NCBI GenBank assembly: GCA_903858275.1
Contig: CAIOIC010000080.1
Span: 33,063-97,062 of the forward strand
Length of the DNA: 64,000 nt
From: an uncultured Verrucomicrobia subdivision 3 bacterium
GTDB taxonomy: Bacteria > Verrucomicrobiota > Verrucomicrobiia > Limisphaerales > UBA11358
Direction of reading: 5' to 3'
The position numbers and the translations under genes were made by a program. Positions 9,837-18,511 of this stretch are shown piece after piece. How positions within the stretch are numbered: position 1 is the first letter of the stretch; each line of letters begins with the position of its first letter. Below the pieces are notes generated by a model. The model did no database searches. It had not been told where the DNA came from and saw only the letters and a program-made list of their open reading frames with translations.

Positions 9837-12158
9837 ATGAACTTCCACCGAATTATCGCAGGTGCGCTGGCGCTCGCTGCAACCGCAATTCAAGCCGCAG
9901 AGTTTTCTGTCGCTATAAACGGAAACGACAGCAACACCGGCTCATTGGCAAACCCCTTCAAGACCATTTCTGCCGCAGCCAGAATCGCGCAGCCGGGCGA
10001 TGTAATCACCGTGCATGAAGGCATCTATCGCGAACGCATCAACTCGCCGCGCGGCGGCACGTCCGACAAGAAACGCATCGTCTATCGGGCCGCGCCGGGC
10101 GAGAAGGTGGAGATCAAGGGGTCGGAGGTCGTCAAGAATTGGACGAAGGTTCAGGGCGATGTCTGGAAGGTTGCGCTGCCGAACTCGTTGTTCGGCGGCT
10201 TTAATCCCTACAGCGACCTCATTCGCGGCGACTGGTTCAACGCGAAAGGCCGCGAACATCATACCGGCGCAGTCTATCTCAATGGCGAGTGGCTGACCGA
10301 GGCGGCCAAACTGGAAGAAGTGCTAATGCCGGGCAGTCCGGCGTGGCTTACCAAAGGGGGAAAGCATGTTCTGCTAAACGTGGCCTGGTTACGGCCGGAC
10401 AGCAGCGCTGGGAATACTCCGCGCACTCCAGCGACGAGTTTTGCAGCCAGGAACGGGACGACCAACGCACCGTGTTCGGAGGGCGGAGAGTGTCTCGGCT
10501 GGATCATGTCCGGCGATTGGGTTCGCTACGAGCAGATGGACTTCAAACAGGGTGTCAGACAGGTGGAGATTCGCGCGGCGTCAGCCTCGGAAGGCGGAAT
10601 CATCGAAATGCGGCTGGATACGCCGGATGGGGATCTTTTGGGAACGTGTCACGTCGCGAACACCGGCGGCTGGCAATCGTGGGTTTCGCACAAGACCACC
10701 ATCAAGCCGGTCAGCGGAGTGAAGACCCTTTGTCTCGTGTTTAAGGGCAATAATCCATCAGCCTTGAATCCCCAGTTGTGGTTTGCACAAGTGGACCCGA
10801 CAAACACCGCGATCTGGGCGCAGTTTAAGGGCATGAATCCGAATGAACAGCTCGTCGAAATTAACGTGCGCCAAACCGTGTTCTACCCCGACCAACCGGG
10901 GCGCAACTTCATCACCGTCCGTGGTTTCACGATGCGCCACGCCGCCACGCCGTGGGCACCGCCAACCGCCGAGCAAATCGGCCTCATCGGCACGCATTGG
11001 AGCAAGGGTTGGATCATTGAGAGCAACATAGTCAGCCACTCGATTTGTTCCGGCATCTCGCTCGGGAAACATGGCGATCAGTTCGACAATACTTCCGCCA
11101 ACAGTGCCGAAGGTTATGTGAAGACGATTGAACGCGCCCATGCCCATCCTATTGCGTGGACGAAGGAAAACATCGGTCACCATATCGTTCGCAACAACAC
11201 CGTTTCACACTGTGAACAAGCTGGCATCGTTGGCAGTCTGGGCTGTTCTTTCAGCACGGTCACCGGGAACATCGTCCACGACATCCACGTCCGGCGGCTC
11301 TTTACCGGCGCGGAAATGGCGGGCATCAAATTTCATGCCGCCATTGATACCGAAATCAGTCGCAATCACATTTACCAAACGTGCCGCGGGCTCTGGCTGG
11401 ATTGGATGGCGCAGGGCACGCGCGTCTCGCGAAATCTTTTTCACGACAACGACCAGGATCTGTTTGTCGAGGTAAACCACGGCCCGTTTTTAATGGATAA
11501 TAATTTATTTCTGTCCCCCGTCAGCCTGATGGACTGGTCCGAAGGCGGTGCCTATGTGCACAATCTGATGGCTGGCAAAATCATCAGCCGGCCTGAGCCG
11601 CGCCGCGAGACACCGTTTCATCCCGCGCACTCGACGAAGATCGCTGGCTTGCTGAGCATCAGGGGTGGAGACAATCGTTTCTACAACAACATTTTCATAG
11701 GTGGCGGCGAATCTTCAACTGTCACCACCAACACTGTCAAACCAACTGCCAATAAACCCCAGTCAGATGTTGGTTATGGCTTATGGGTGTATGACAACCG
11801 TGAGTTGCCTCTGCAAACCGGCGGCAATGTGTATCTCAATAGTGCGAAGTCCTATGCCAATGATTCCAATTCATTAGCGCTGTCGAATGTTGATACGAAG
11901 TTGAAAATCATGGAGGAAGGCGGACAGGCTTTTATCCAGTTCAACTTCGGTCCGGAATTGAAACAAGTTTCCACCCGGCCCGTCACAACCGCTTTGTTGA
12001 ACAAGGCGAAGATTGCCGTCCTGCCTTATGAAAATGCCGATGGCTCGCCGCTGAAAATCGACTCGGATTATTTCGGCAAGGCTCGGAGCAAGACAAAACC
12101 CACGCCCGGACCATTTGAAAATCCCGGCCCGGGCAATCTCAAACTAAAAGTTTGGTGA
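9837..12158 (+). CDS. Right-handed parallel beta-helix protein with embedded CBM6-like module (putative polysaccharide lyase/glycanase), secreted
   Basis: The real start is the ATG at 9837 (MNFHRIIAGALALAATAIQA signal), 2 nt after the upstream stop. The ORF-track start at 9390 overlaps the upstream gene. The N-terminus NGNDSNTGSLANPFKTISAA...GDVITVHEGIY is typical of beta-helix enzymes. DWVRYEQMDF...NTGGWQSW...LCLVFKG is CBM6-like. Repeated helix turns are NNTVSHC, ISRNHIY and VSRNLFHDN. Confidence 0.7.
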   Translation: MNFHRIIAGALALAATAIQAAEFSVAINGNDSNTGSLANPFKTISAAARIAQPGDVITVHEGIYRERINSPRGGTSDKKRIVYRAAPGEKVEIKGSEVVKNWTKVQGDVWKVALPNSLFGGFNPYSDLIRGDWFNAKGREHHTGAVYLNGEWLTEAAKLEEVLMPGSPAWLTKGGKHVLLNVAWLRPDSSAGNTPRTPATSFAARNGTTNAPCSEGGECLGWIMSGDWVRYEQMDFKQGVRQVEIRAASASEGGIIEMRLDTPDGDLLGTCHVANTGGWQSWVSHKTTIKPVSGVKTLCLVFKGNNPSALNPQLWFAQVDPTNTAIWAQFKGMNPNEQLVEINVRQTVFYPDQPGRNFITVRGFTMRHAATPWAPPTAEQIGLIGTHWSKGWIIESNIVSHSICSGISLGKHGDQFDNTSANSAEGYVKTIERAHAHPIAWTKENIGHHIVRNNTVSHCEQAGIVGSLGCSFSTVTGNIVHDIHVRRLFTGAEMAGIKFHAAIDTEISRNHIYQTCRGLWLDWMAQGTRVSRNLFHDNDQDLFVEVNHGPFLMDNNLFLSPVSLMDWSEGGAYVHNLMAGKIISRPEPRRETPFHPAHSTKIAGLLSIRGGDNRFYNNIFIGGGESSTVTTNTVKPTANKPQSDVGYGLWVYDNRELPLQTGGNVYLNSAKSYANDSNSLALSNVDTKLKIMEEGGQAFIQFNFGPELKQVSTRPVTTALLNKAKIAVLPYENADGSPLKIDSDYFGKARSKTKPTPGPFENPGPGNLKLKVW

Positions 12159-12194
12159 TGATGCGCCTCCGCATGGCAACTTGATTTCCTCACA

Positions 12195-13616
12195 ATGAAA
12201 ACAGAAATATCGCCCGCCAGCATGATTGCGAAGGTCAACTTCTCCTACCTGTTGCCCATTTGCCTCGTGGCCACGCTTGGCGGATTATTGTTCGGCTACG
12301 ACACCGGCGTCATCTCCGGCGCGATCGAACCGCTGACCGCGTGCTTTCATCTGAGTGACGTGATGAAAGGCTGGGCGTCCGGCTGCGTGCTTATTGGCTG
12401 CGCGGCGGGCGTGCTCTTGGTTGGGCCGATCTCGGATCGCTTCGGTCGCCGGCTGGCGATGTTTCTGGCGGCGGGGATGTTTCTCGCCTCCGCCATCGGC
12501 ACCGCCTTGCCGCATGACATTTGGACTTTTATTTTCTTCCGCGTCATCGGCGGGCTGGGCATTGGCATCGCCTCCATCTCGACGCCGATGTATATCGCGG
12601 AGATCACGCCGGCGCACATTCGTGGACGGATGGTGGCGGTGAACCAGATCGCCATCGTCGGCGGCATCGCCCTGACTTCGTTCGTCAACTATTTCATCGC
12701 CAAGTCCGGCGATCAGGCGTGGCTGATCGAGAACGGCTGGCGGTGGATGTTTGGCACGGGGATTGTGCCCGCCCTCCTCTTCGGCCTGCTGCTGATTCCA
12801 ATTCCCGAAAGCCCGCGCTGGTTGATTGAGAAAAAACGCGAAGACCAGGCGCGGCGGATTCTTGAAAAAGTCGGCGGGCCGGAATTTTCCAATTCGGAAT
12901 TCGCCAGCATTAAGGCCGCGTTGTCGCGGGAAAAAGGCACCTGGGGCGAATTATTCTCCGCCCAGTTGCGGTTGCCGCTGCTCATCGGCGTGCTGCTGGC
13001 CATCCTCCAGCAAGTCACCGGCATCAACGTGTTCATGTATTTCGGCGCTACCATTTTCAAAAACATGAGCGCTTCGACCGGCGTGGATGCCGGCCTGCTC
13101 CAGCAGTTCATCATCAACGGCACCGGCGTCCTGTTCACGCTCGTCGCCATTTCCACGGTGGACAAATGGGGGCGCAAGCCGCTGATGCTGGTCGGTGCCG
13201 CCGGCATGGGGTTCAGCCTGCTGGCGATGGGCATCCTGGCCCAGATCCTGACCGACCCGGCGGCGGGCAGTGGGTGGATGCTGTTGTTCAGCCTGCTCTA
13301 CATCGGCTGTTTCAGCCTGTCGGTGGGGCCGGTGACGTGGGTCATCCTCGCGGAGATTTTCCCGACCGCGGTGCGCGGTCGTGCCCTGGGGCTGGCGACA
13401 TTTTTCATGTGGACGGCGGATTATTTTGTGACTCAGACCTTCCCGATCATGGATGCGAAGGACTCGTGGTTCGTGGCGCATTTCAATCATGCCTTTCCGT
13501 TCTACGTCTATGCGGTGTTCTGCGTCGCGCTGGTGCTGGTGGTCTGGCGTATGGTTCCGGAAACCAAGGGCCGGTCACTGGAAGAAATTGAAAGGAGCTG
13601 GAGCCTCAAGCCATGA
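12195..13616 (+). CDS. MFS sugar porter (sugar:H+ symporter, XylE/GalP-like)
   Basis: 12-TM profile with sugar-porter motifs GRRLAMFLAAG, PESPRWL and PETKGRSLEEIE. Confidence 0.9.
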   Translation: MKTEISPASMIAKVNFSYLLPICLVATLGGLLFGYDTGVISGAIEPLTACFHLSDVMKGWASGCVLIGCAAGVLLVGPISDRFGRRLAMFLAAGMFLASAIGTALPHDIWTFIFFRVIGGLGIGIASISTPMYIAEITPAHIRGRMVAVNQIAIVGGIALTSFVNYFIAKSGDQAWLIENGWRWMFGTGIVPALLFGLLLIPIPESPRWLIEKKREDQARRILEKVGGPEFSNSEFASIKAALSREKGTWGELFSAQLRLPLLIGVLLAILQQVTGINVFMYFGATIFKNMSASTGVDAGLLQQFIINGTGVLFTLVAISTVDKWGRKPLMLVGAAGMGFSLLAMGILAQILTDPAAGSGWMLLFSLLYIGCFSLSVGPVTWVILAEIFPTAVRGRALGLATFFMWTADYFVTQTFPIMDAKDSWFVAHFNHAFPFYVYAVFCVALVLVVWRMVPETKGRSLEEIERSWSLKP

Positions 13617-14764
13617 ATCCCACGAAGCCCGTCCCTGATCCTTTCCGCGACCATCGCAAAGCCGCTGGCATCCTCAAATGCGATTTCCGAGGCGAGAGCG
13701 TGCCGATGATCTTGCGCCACGAAGACGTGCGCCGCGCCGCGAAAGACTGGAAGACCTTCAGTTCGGATGCGCCGTTCCGCGTGCCGATTCCGTCGGAGGA
13801 AGATGTGCGGACGATGCGGCAGTTACCCATCGAGACGAATCCTCCCGAGCACACCGAGTATCGCGAAATCGTCGAGCCGTTTTTTCTGCGCGCCAAAAAT
13901 CCCGTGGTTGTCGCCGAGATCGCGGCGCTGATTGACCGGATGTTGGTGGATGCACTGGGTCGTGAATCCATCGAGGTGGTTCGCGAATTCGCGCTGCCCT
14001 TGCAGTCGCGCGCGCTGACGCATCTGCTCAACGTGCCCGAGGCGGAGGCGGAAACGTGGATTGGTTGGGGCACACACGTCTTCCGCGATGGTGGTGAAAG
14101 TCAGAAGAAAGGCGCGGTCTTGGAAACTTATTTGCAACGGCGATTCGATCAAGCTGTGGCGAAACCGGGCGAAGATTTTTTTAGCGCGCTGACAAAGGCG
14201 ACCTTCCGTGGCCGGCTGCTCACGCGCGAGGAGATGATGGGCTTTGCCAATCTGACCTTTGCCGGCGGACGCGACACAATCATCCACAGCATTTCCTCGG
14301 TGCTCGCCTACCTTGGTAAAAATCCGGAGGCGCTGGAATTTCTGCGGCAAGACCCGTCGCGCATCACGCTTGCGAGCGAAGAGTTTTTCCGCGTCTTCAT
14401 GCCGCTCACGCACATCGGGCGCGTTTGCCCGGTGGAAACCGATGTTCACGGCGTCACAGTGAAACCGGGGGGCCGTGTGTCGTTGGGCTGGGCGTCAGCC
14501 AACCGCGACGAAGCGGCGTTTGAATGTCCGCACGAAACACGCCTCGACCGCAAACCGAATCCGCACCTGTCGTTCGGCTTTGGCGCGCACCTCTGTCTCG
14601 GCGCGCCTCACGCGCGGTTGCTGCTCCGCACGCTGCTCCAGAAATGCACCGAACGCGTCGCCAGCATCACGGTATTGGCGGCGAAGGATCGCGTTGAAAC
14701 CGAGGCGAGTTACCAGCGCGTGATGGGCTACGAGTCCCTGACCGTCAAGCTGACGCCGCTCTGA
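13613..14764 (+). CDS. Cytochrome P450 monooxygenase
   Basis: Heme-thiolate loop FGFGAHLCLG, I-helix AGGRDT, ExxR (EEFFR) and N-terminal NPPEHTEYR. The start overlaps the transporter stop (ATGA at 13613-13616). Confidence 0.9.
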   Translation: MNPTKPVPDPFRDHRKAAGILKCDFRGESVPMILRHEDVRRAAKDWKTFSSDAPFRVPIPSEEDVRTMRQLPIETNPPEHTEYREIVEPFFLRAKNPVVVAEIAALIDRMLVDALGRESIEVVREFALPLQSRALTHLLNVPEAEAETWIGWGTHVFRDGGESQKKGAVLETYLQRRFDQAVAKPGEDFFSALTKATFRGRLLTREEMMGFANLTFAGGRDTIIHSISSVLAYLGKNPEALEFLRQDPSRITLASEEFFRVFMPLTHIGRVCPVETDVHGVTVKPGGRVSLGWASANRDEAAFECPHETRLDRKPNPHLSFGFGAHLCLGAPHARLLLRTLLQKCTERVASITVLAAKDRVETEASYQRVMGYESLTVKLTPL

Positions 14765-14777
14765 CTTCGAAAAACTT

Positions 14778-15776
14778 ATGAATTCAAAAGAACGTATCTT
14801 AAACCTGATTGCCGGCCAGCCGGTGGATCGTCCGCCCGCAATGCCTATTACCATGATGTGGGCGGCTGACCTCGTTGGCGCGAAATACCACGACTACGCG
14901 ACACGCGCTGAAATACAGGCCGCCGGTCAAATCGCCGCCGCTCAGCAGTTTGGATTTGATCACGTCTCGGTCATCTCCGACCCGTGCTGCGAGGCTGCGG
15001 ACTTGGGCGCGGCAATTTTTTATCCGCCTGACGGCCCGCCGGCAATCATCGAGGAACAGGCGTTGTTGGCGGACACAGCCACGTTGAATTCGCTGCGGGT
15101 TCCCGATCCGCATCGCACGGGCAGTCGCATGGCCAACCGCATCGAAGCCGTTTGTCTGCTGAGCCGTCAGATCGGAGCCACGCATCTGATCGAGGGTTGG
15201 GTCGAAGGTCCGTGCGCCGAGAGCGCCGACCTGCGCGGTATCAACACGCTGATGACAGATTACTACGACGACGCGAATTTCGTCCACGCGCTCGCGGCTT
15301 TCACCGTGGAAAATGCGCTGAAATTTGCCACCGCCCAAATCGAGGCCGGCGCGGACATCATTGGCGTGGGCGATGCCGCCGCCTCGCTCGTCGGGCGCGA
15401 GCTTTACGACGAATTTGTTTTCCCGCACGAACAGAAACTCATTGCCGGCATCCAAGCCGCCGGCGGCAAAGTGCGGTTGCACATCTGCGGCCGCACCATC
15501 CAACTGGCCGATGCGATTGCCAAACTGGGTTGCGAAATTGTGGATTTAGACACGTTCGTGGACCTGCGGGAAGCCCGCGCCATGATGGGCGCACAGCAGG
15601 TGCTGCTCGGCAATATCCACACCGTGAACGTCGTCAAGAACGGGAAGCCGGAAGACGTGCGCCGTGAACTCGCGAAGTGCCGCGCCGATGCCGGAGTCGC
15701 GTGGATCGCCGGTGCGGGCTGCGAAGTGCCGCGACAGTCACCGGCGGAAAACGTGCGGTGTTTTGCTCAAATTTAA
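14778..15776 (+). CDS. MtaA/CmuA-type methylcobamide methyltransferase (URO-D fold, short class)
   Basis: 332 aa. The URO-D-family layout includes QIEAGADII, and the zinc-motif pattern LHICG ... AGCEVP matches the H-x-C...C motif known from MtaA/MtbA. Confidence 0.75.
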   Translation: MNSKERILNLIAGQPVDRPPAMPITMMWAADLVGAKYHDYATRAEIQAAGQIAAAQQFGFDHVSVISDPCCEAADLGAAIFYPPDGPPAIIEEQALLADTATLNSLRVPDPHRTGSRMANRIEAVCLLSRQIGATHLIEGWVEGPCAESADLRGINTLMTDYYDDANFVHALAAFTVENALKFATAQIEAGADIIGVGDAAASLVGRELYDEFVFPHEQKLIAGIQAAGGKVRLHICGRTIQLADAIAKLGCEIVDLDTFVDLREARAMMGAQQVLLGNIHTVNVVKNGKPEDVRRELAKCRADAGVAWIAGAGCEVPRQSPAENVRCFAQI

Positions 15777-15818
15777 CATTCTCTTTTGAACATCAACTGG
15801 TAGTTTTTTATTCATCCC

Positions 15819-16901
15819 ATGGAACTGAATATTAATCCACCGTTGCCGGCGAAAAGGGATTTTCGCATCGGCATTTTGGGCAGCGGTTTCATCGTGAGCG
15901 ATTGCCATTTGGTGAGCTATCGCAAGGCCGGTTTCAATCCGGTCGCCATCGCTTCGCGGTCGCGTGAGAATGCGGCGAAGGTTGCCGTGCGTCATTCCAT
16001 CCCCAAGGTTTGCAACACTTACGAGCAGTTGCTGGACGATCCCACCATTGAAGTGCTGGATATCGCCGTGCCGCCGAACGCGCAACTCGCGCTCATCAAA
16101 GCTGCTTGCCAACGTAAAACTTTCAAAGGCATTCTCGCGCAGAAACCGCTAGGCATGAATTATGCCGAAGCGCTCGAAGCCGTTGAGTGTTGTGAGCAAG
16201 CCGGCATCACGCTCGCCGTGAATCAGAACATGCGCTACGACCAATCCGTGCGCGCCGGAAGGACTTTGCTGGAGAACGGCACCATCGGCGAGCCGGTGCT
16301 GGCGACGATTGATATGCGTGGCATTCCGCACTGGATGCCGTGGCAGGCGGAACTTAGCTGGGTCACGCTGCGGGTCATGTCCATCCATCATCTGGATTGC
16401 TTCCGTTATTGGTTCGGCGATCCGGAAGGAATCTTTTGCAGCACGCGTCCCGATCCGCGCACCCAATTTCCGCACACCGACGGCATCTGCACTTACATCC
16501 TCGAATACGCGAACGGCCTGCGCTGCGTGGCGATTGATGACACCTGGACCGGACCGGCGAAGGAAGGTTGTCCTGCTGACATCGGCATCCATTGGCGGAT
16601 CGAGGGATTGAACGGACTCGCCATGGGCGACCTCGGCTGGTGCAAAGATCCTTACACCAGCCCTTCCACCATTCGTTACGCGAGCAAAGGCGATAAAGAA
16701 TTTCATCAGCCTAAATGGAGCGAAAGCTGGTTTCCCGACGCGTTCGCGGGCACGATGGGACAACTGCTCATCGCGCTGGAAACCGGCAAGGAACCCGCCA
16801 TCGGCGGGCGCGATAACCTGAAAACCATGGCGCTGGTGGACGCGGCATATTTGAGCGCGGAGAAAAATCGGTTGGTGAAACTATCTGAAATCGCAGCATA
16901 A
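15819..16901 (+). CDS. Gfo/Idh/MocA family NAD(P)-dependent oxidoreductase
   Basis: N-terminal Rossmann motif FRIGILGSGFIV, the AQKPLG (EKP-like) motif, and a C-terminal alpha/beta domain. Confidence 0.8.
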   Translation: MELNINPPLPAKRDFRIGILGSGFIVSDCHLVSYRKAGFNPVAIASRSRENAAKVAVRHSIPKVCNTYEQLLDDPTIEVLDIAVPPNAQLALIKAACQRKTFKGILAQKPLGMNYAEALEAVECCEQAGITLAVNQNMRYDQSVRAGRTLLENGTIGEPVLATIDMRGIPHWMPWQAELSWVTLRVMSIHHLDCFRYWFGDPEGIFCSTRPDPRTQFPHTDGICTYILEYANGLRCVAIDDTWTGPAKEGCPADIGIHWRIEGLNGLAMGDLGWCKDPYTSPSTIRYASKGDKEFHQPKWSESWFPDAFAGTMGQLLIALETGKEPAIGGRDNLKTMALVDAAYLSAEKNRLVKLSEIAA

Positions 16902-16920
16902 ACCAAAACCAAATCACAAC

Positions 16921-17742
16921 ATGAAACTTGGCATCATCAATAGCGCGTTCGGTCAGGCGGGTGTGGATACCACCACCGGCCTCAAACACATCGCCCGCAT
17001 CGGTTTCGATTGCGTGGATATTTTCACCGAGGCGATGACGATTTCCAAAAAAGAGAAGCTGCTCATCGCGAGCACTTGCGACCGGGCGCGGCTGCCCATC
17101 ATTTCTTTGCCGGTGGTCGCCACCGGCTTGATTGATTTCAATGACCCCGTCCGCGCCTTTCACGTCGCGCGCTGCAAGAAGTTTGTTGACCTCGCCGCCG
17201 AGTTTGGCGCGAAGAACATTCTGCTCGTGCTGGGCGAATATCTCTGGCAGCGCGAAGTCATTCCACCGGCCGCCCAATGGCAATGGGCTGTGGAAACCTG
17301 CCGCGAAATCGGCGATTATGCCGGAAAAAAGAACGTGGACATCGCGCTGGAACTGGAACCGTTCCGCTTGAGCTTGCTCCACAATGTGGACGAAATGGTT
17401 CGCTTCGTGAATGACTGCAAACATCCGCGGGTGCGCGCCAACATTGATGTCAGCCATCTGGTTCTGGCCGATACCAGCCCGCTGGATCTGGCAAAGCTCA
17501 AAGGCAAGGCGATCCACGTTCACCTCAGCGACTGCGATGGGAAAGTTCACGGCGATCTTCCGCCCGGACGCGGGATTGTGAAGTTCGAGCCGTATCTGCA
17601 AGCGATCAAGGAATTGAAAATCAACGGCGTGGTTTCCATCGAGCTGGAGTATTCGCCCGATCCGAAGCGGATTGTCGAATGGGTGACGGAAGCCTACACC
17701 CAGACGGACAAGCTGATGAAACTGGCCGGCTTGCGTGGATAA
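16921..17742 (+). CDS. Sugar phosphate isomerase/epimerase (xylose-isomerase-like TIM barrel)
   Basis: Motifs IALELEP, NIDVSHL, HVHLSD, GDLPPGRG and SIELEY are typical of the family. Confidence 0.8.
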   Translation: MKLGIINSAFGQAGVDTTTGLKHIARIGFDCVDIFTEAMTISKKEKLLIASTCDRARLPIISLPVVATGLIDFNDPVRAFHVARCKKFVDLAAEFGAKNILLVLGEYLWQREVIPPAAQWQWAVETCREIGDYAGKKNVDIALELEPFRLSLLHNVDEMVRFVNDCKHPRVRANIDVSHLVLADTSPLDLAKLKGKAIHVHLSDCDGKVHGDLPPGRGIVKFEPYLQAIKELKINGVVSIELEYSPDPKRIVEWVTEAYTQTDKLMKLAGLRG

Positions 17743-17743
17743 A

Positions 17744-18511
17744 ATGGCTGCCGATTCCACACCTGCAAGCGGTGCGATGAAGCCGCCGCGCATTGCGATG
17801 CTGGCCTGCCGGGTGTTTGAAAAGGAGATCGCGCTGCTTGCGGCAGGAGCCAGCCATATTATGGAAACCCGCTTCTTCGAGGTCGGCTTGCATGACCGGT
17901 CCGATCACCTCCGTGAGAAGTTGCAATCCGAACTTCAAGTGGTTGAAGCTCGCGATGACATTGACGCCGTGGTGCTGGCCTACGGGCTGTGCGGTCTCGG
18001 CACAGCGGGCTTGCGCCCCTTGCGCCACAAGTTGGTCATCCCGCGTGCGCACGATTGCATCACTGTCTTCATGGGCAGCAAGGAAGCCTATGCCGCGCAT
18101 CAACGCCGCTGCCCGACCTGTATTTACTATTCGCCGGGCTGGAATCGTGAGCGTCGGGTTCCCGGTCCGGAAAGACTGGCGGCGCTCCAGTCCGAACTGG
18201 CCAAAAAATATGCGCCGGATGACGTGGAAATGCTGATCGAGACGGAGCGGGAGCTATGGGCGATGCATGACACCGTTACCTATCTTGACCTGGGCACGGA
18301 CGATGCCGAGTCGGAGGCGGATTACGCCCGTCGCTGCGCGGACTGGCTGGGTTGGAAATTCGAGCGGCTGGCGGGCGATCCCAAGCTGCTGCGGGATTTG
18401 CTCTGGGGCAATTGGGATTCAGAACGCTTTCAAATCATTGAGCCGGGCGACGAACTCGCGCACTCCGCCGATGAAAAAATTCTGTGCGCCAAGCCGGCGG
18501 TGAAAAAATGA
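17744..18511 (+). CDS. DUF1638 domain protein (family associated with corrinoid methyltransferase clusters)
   Basis: RIAMLACRVFEKE, LAYGLCGLG and IPRAHDCI match my recollection of DUF1638. The ATG at 17744 lies 1 nt after the upstream stop; the ORF-track GTG at 17735 overlaps it. Confidence 0.65.
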   Translation: MAADSTPASGAMKPPRIAMLACRVFEKEIALLAAGASHIMETRFFEVGLHDRSDHLREKLQSELQVVEARDDIDAVVLAYGLCGLGTAGLRPLRHKLVIPRAHDCITVFMGSKEAYAAHQRRCPTCIYYSPGWNRERRVPGPERLAALQSELAKKYAPDDVEMLIETERELWAMHDTVTYLDLGTDDAESEADYARRCADWLGWKFERLAGDPKLLRDLLWGNWDSERFQIIEPGDELAHSADEKILCAKPAVKK

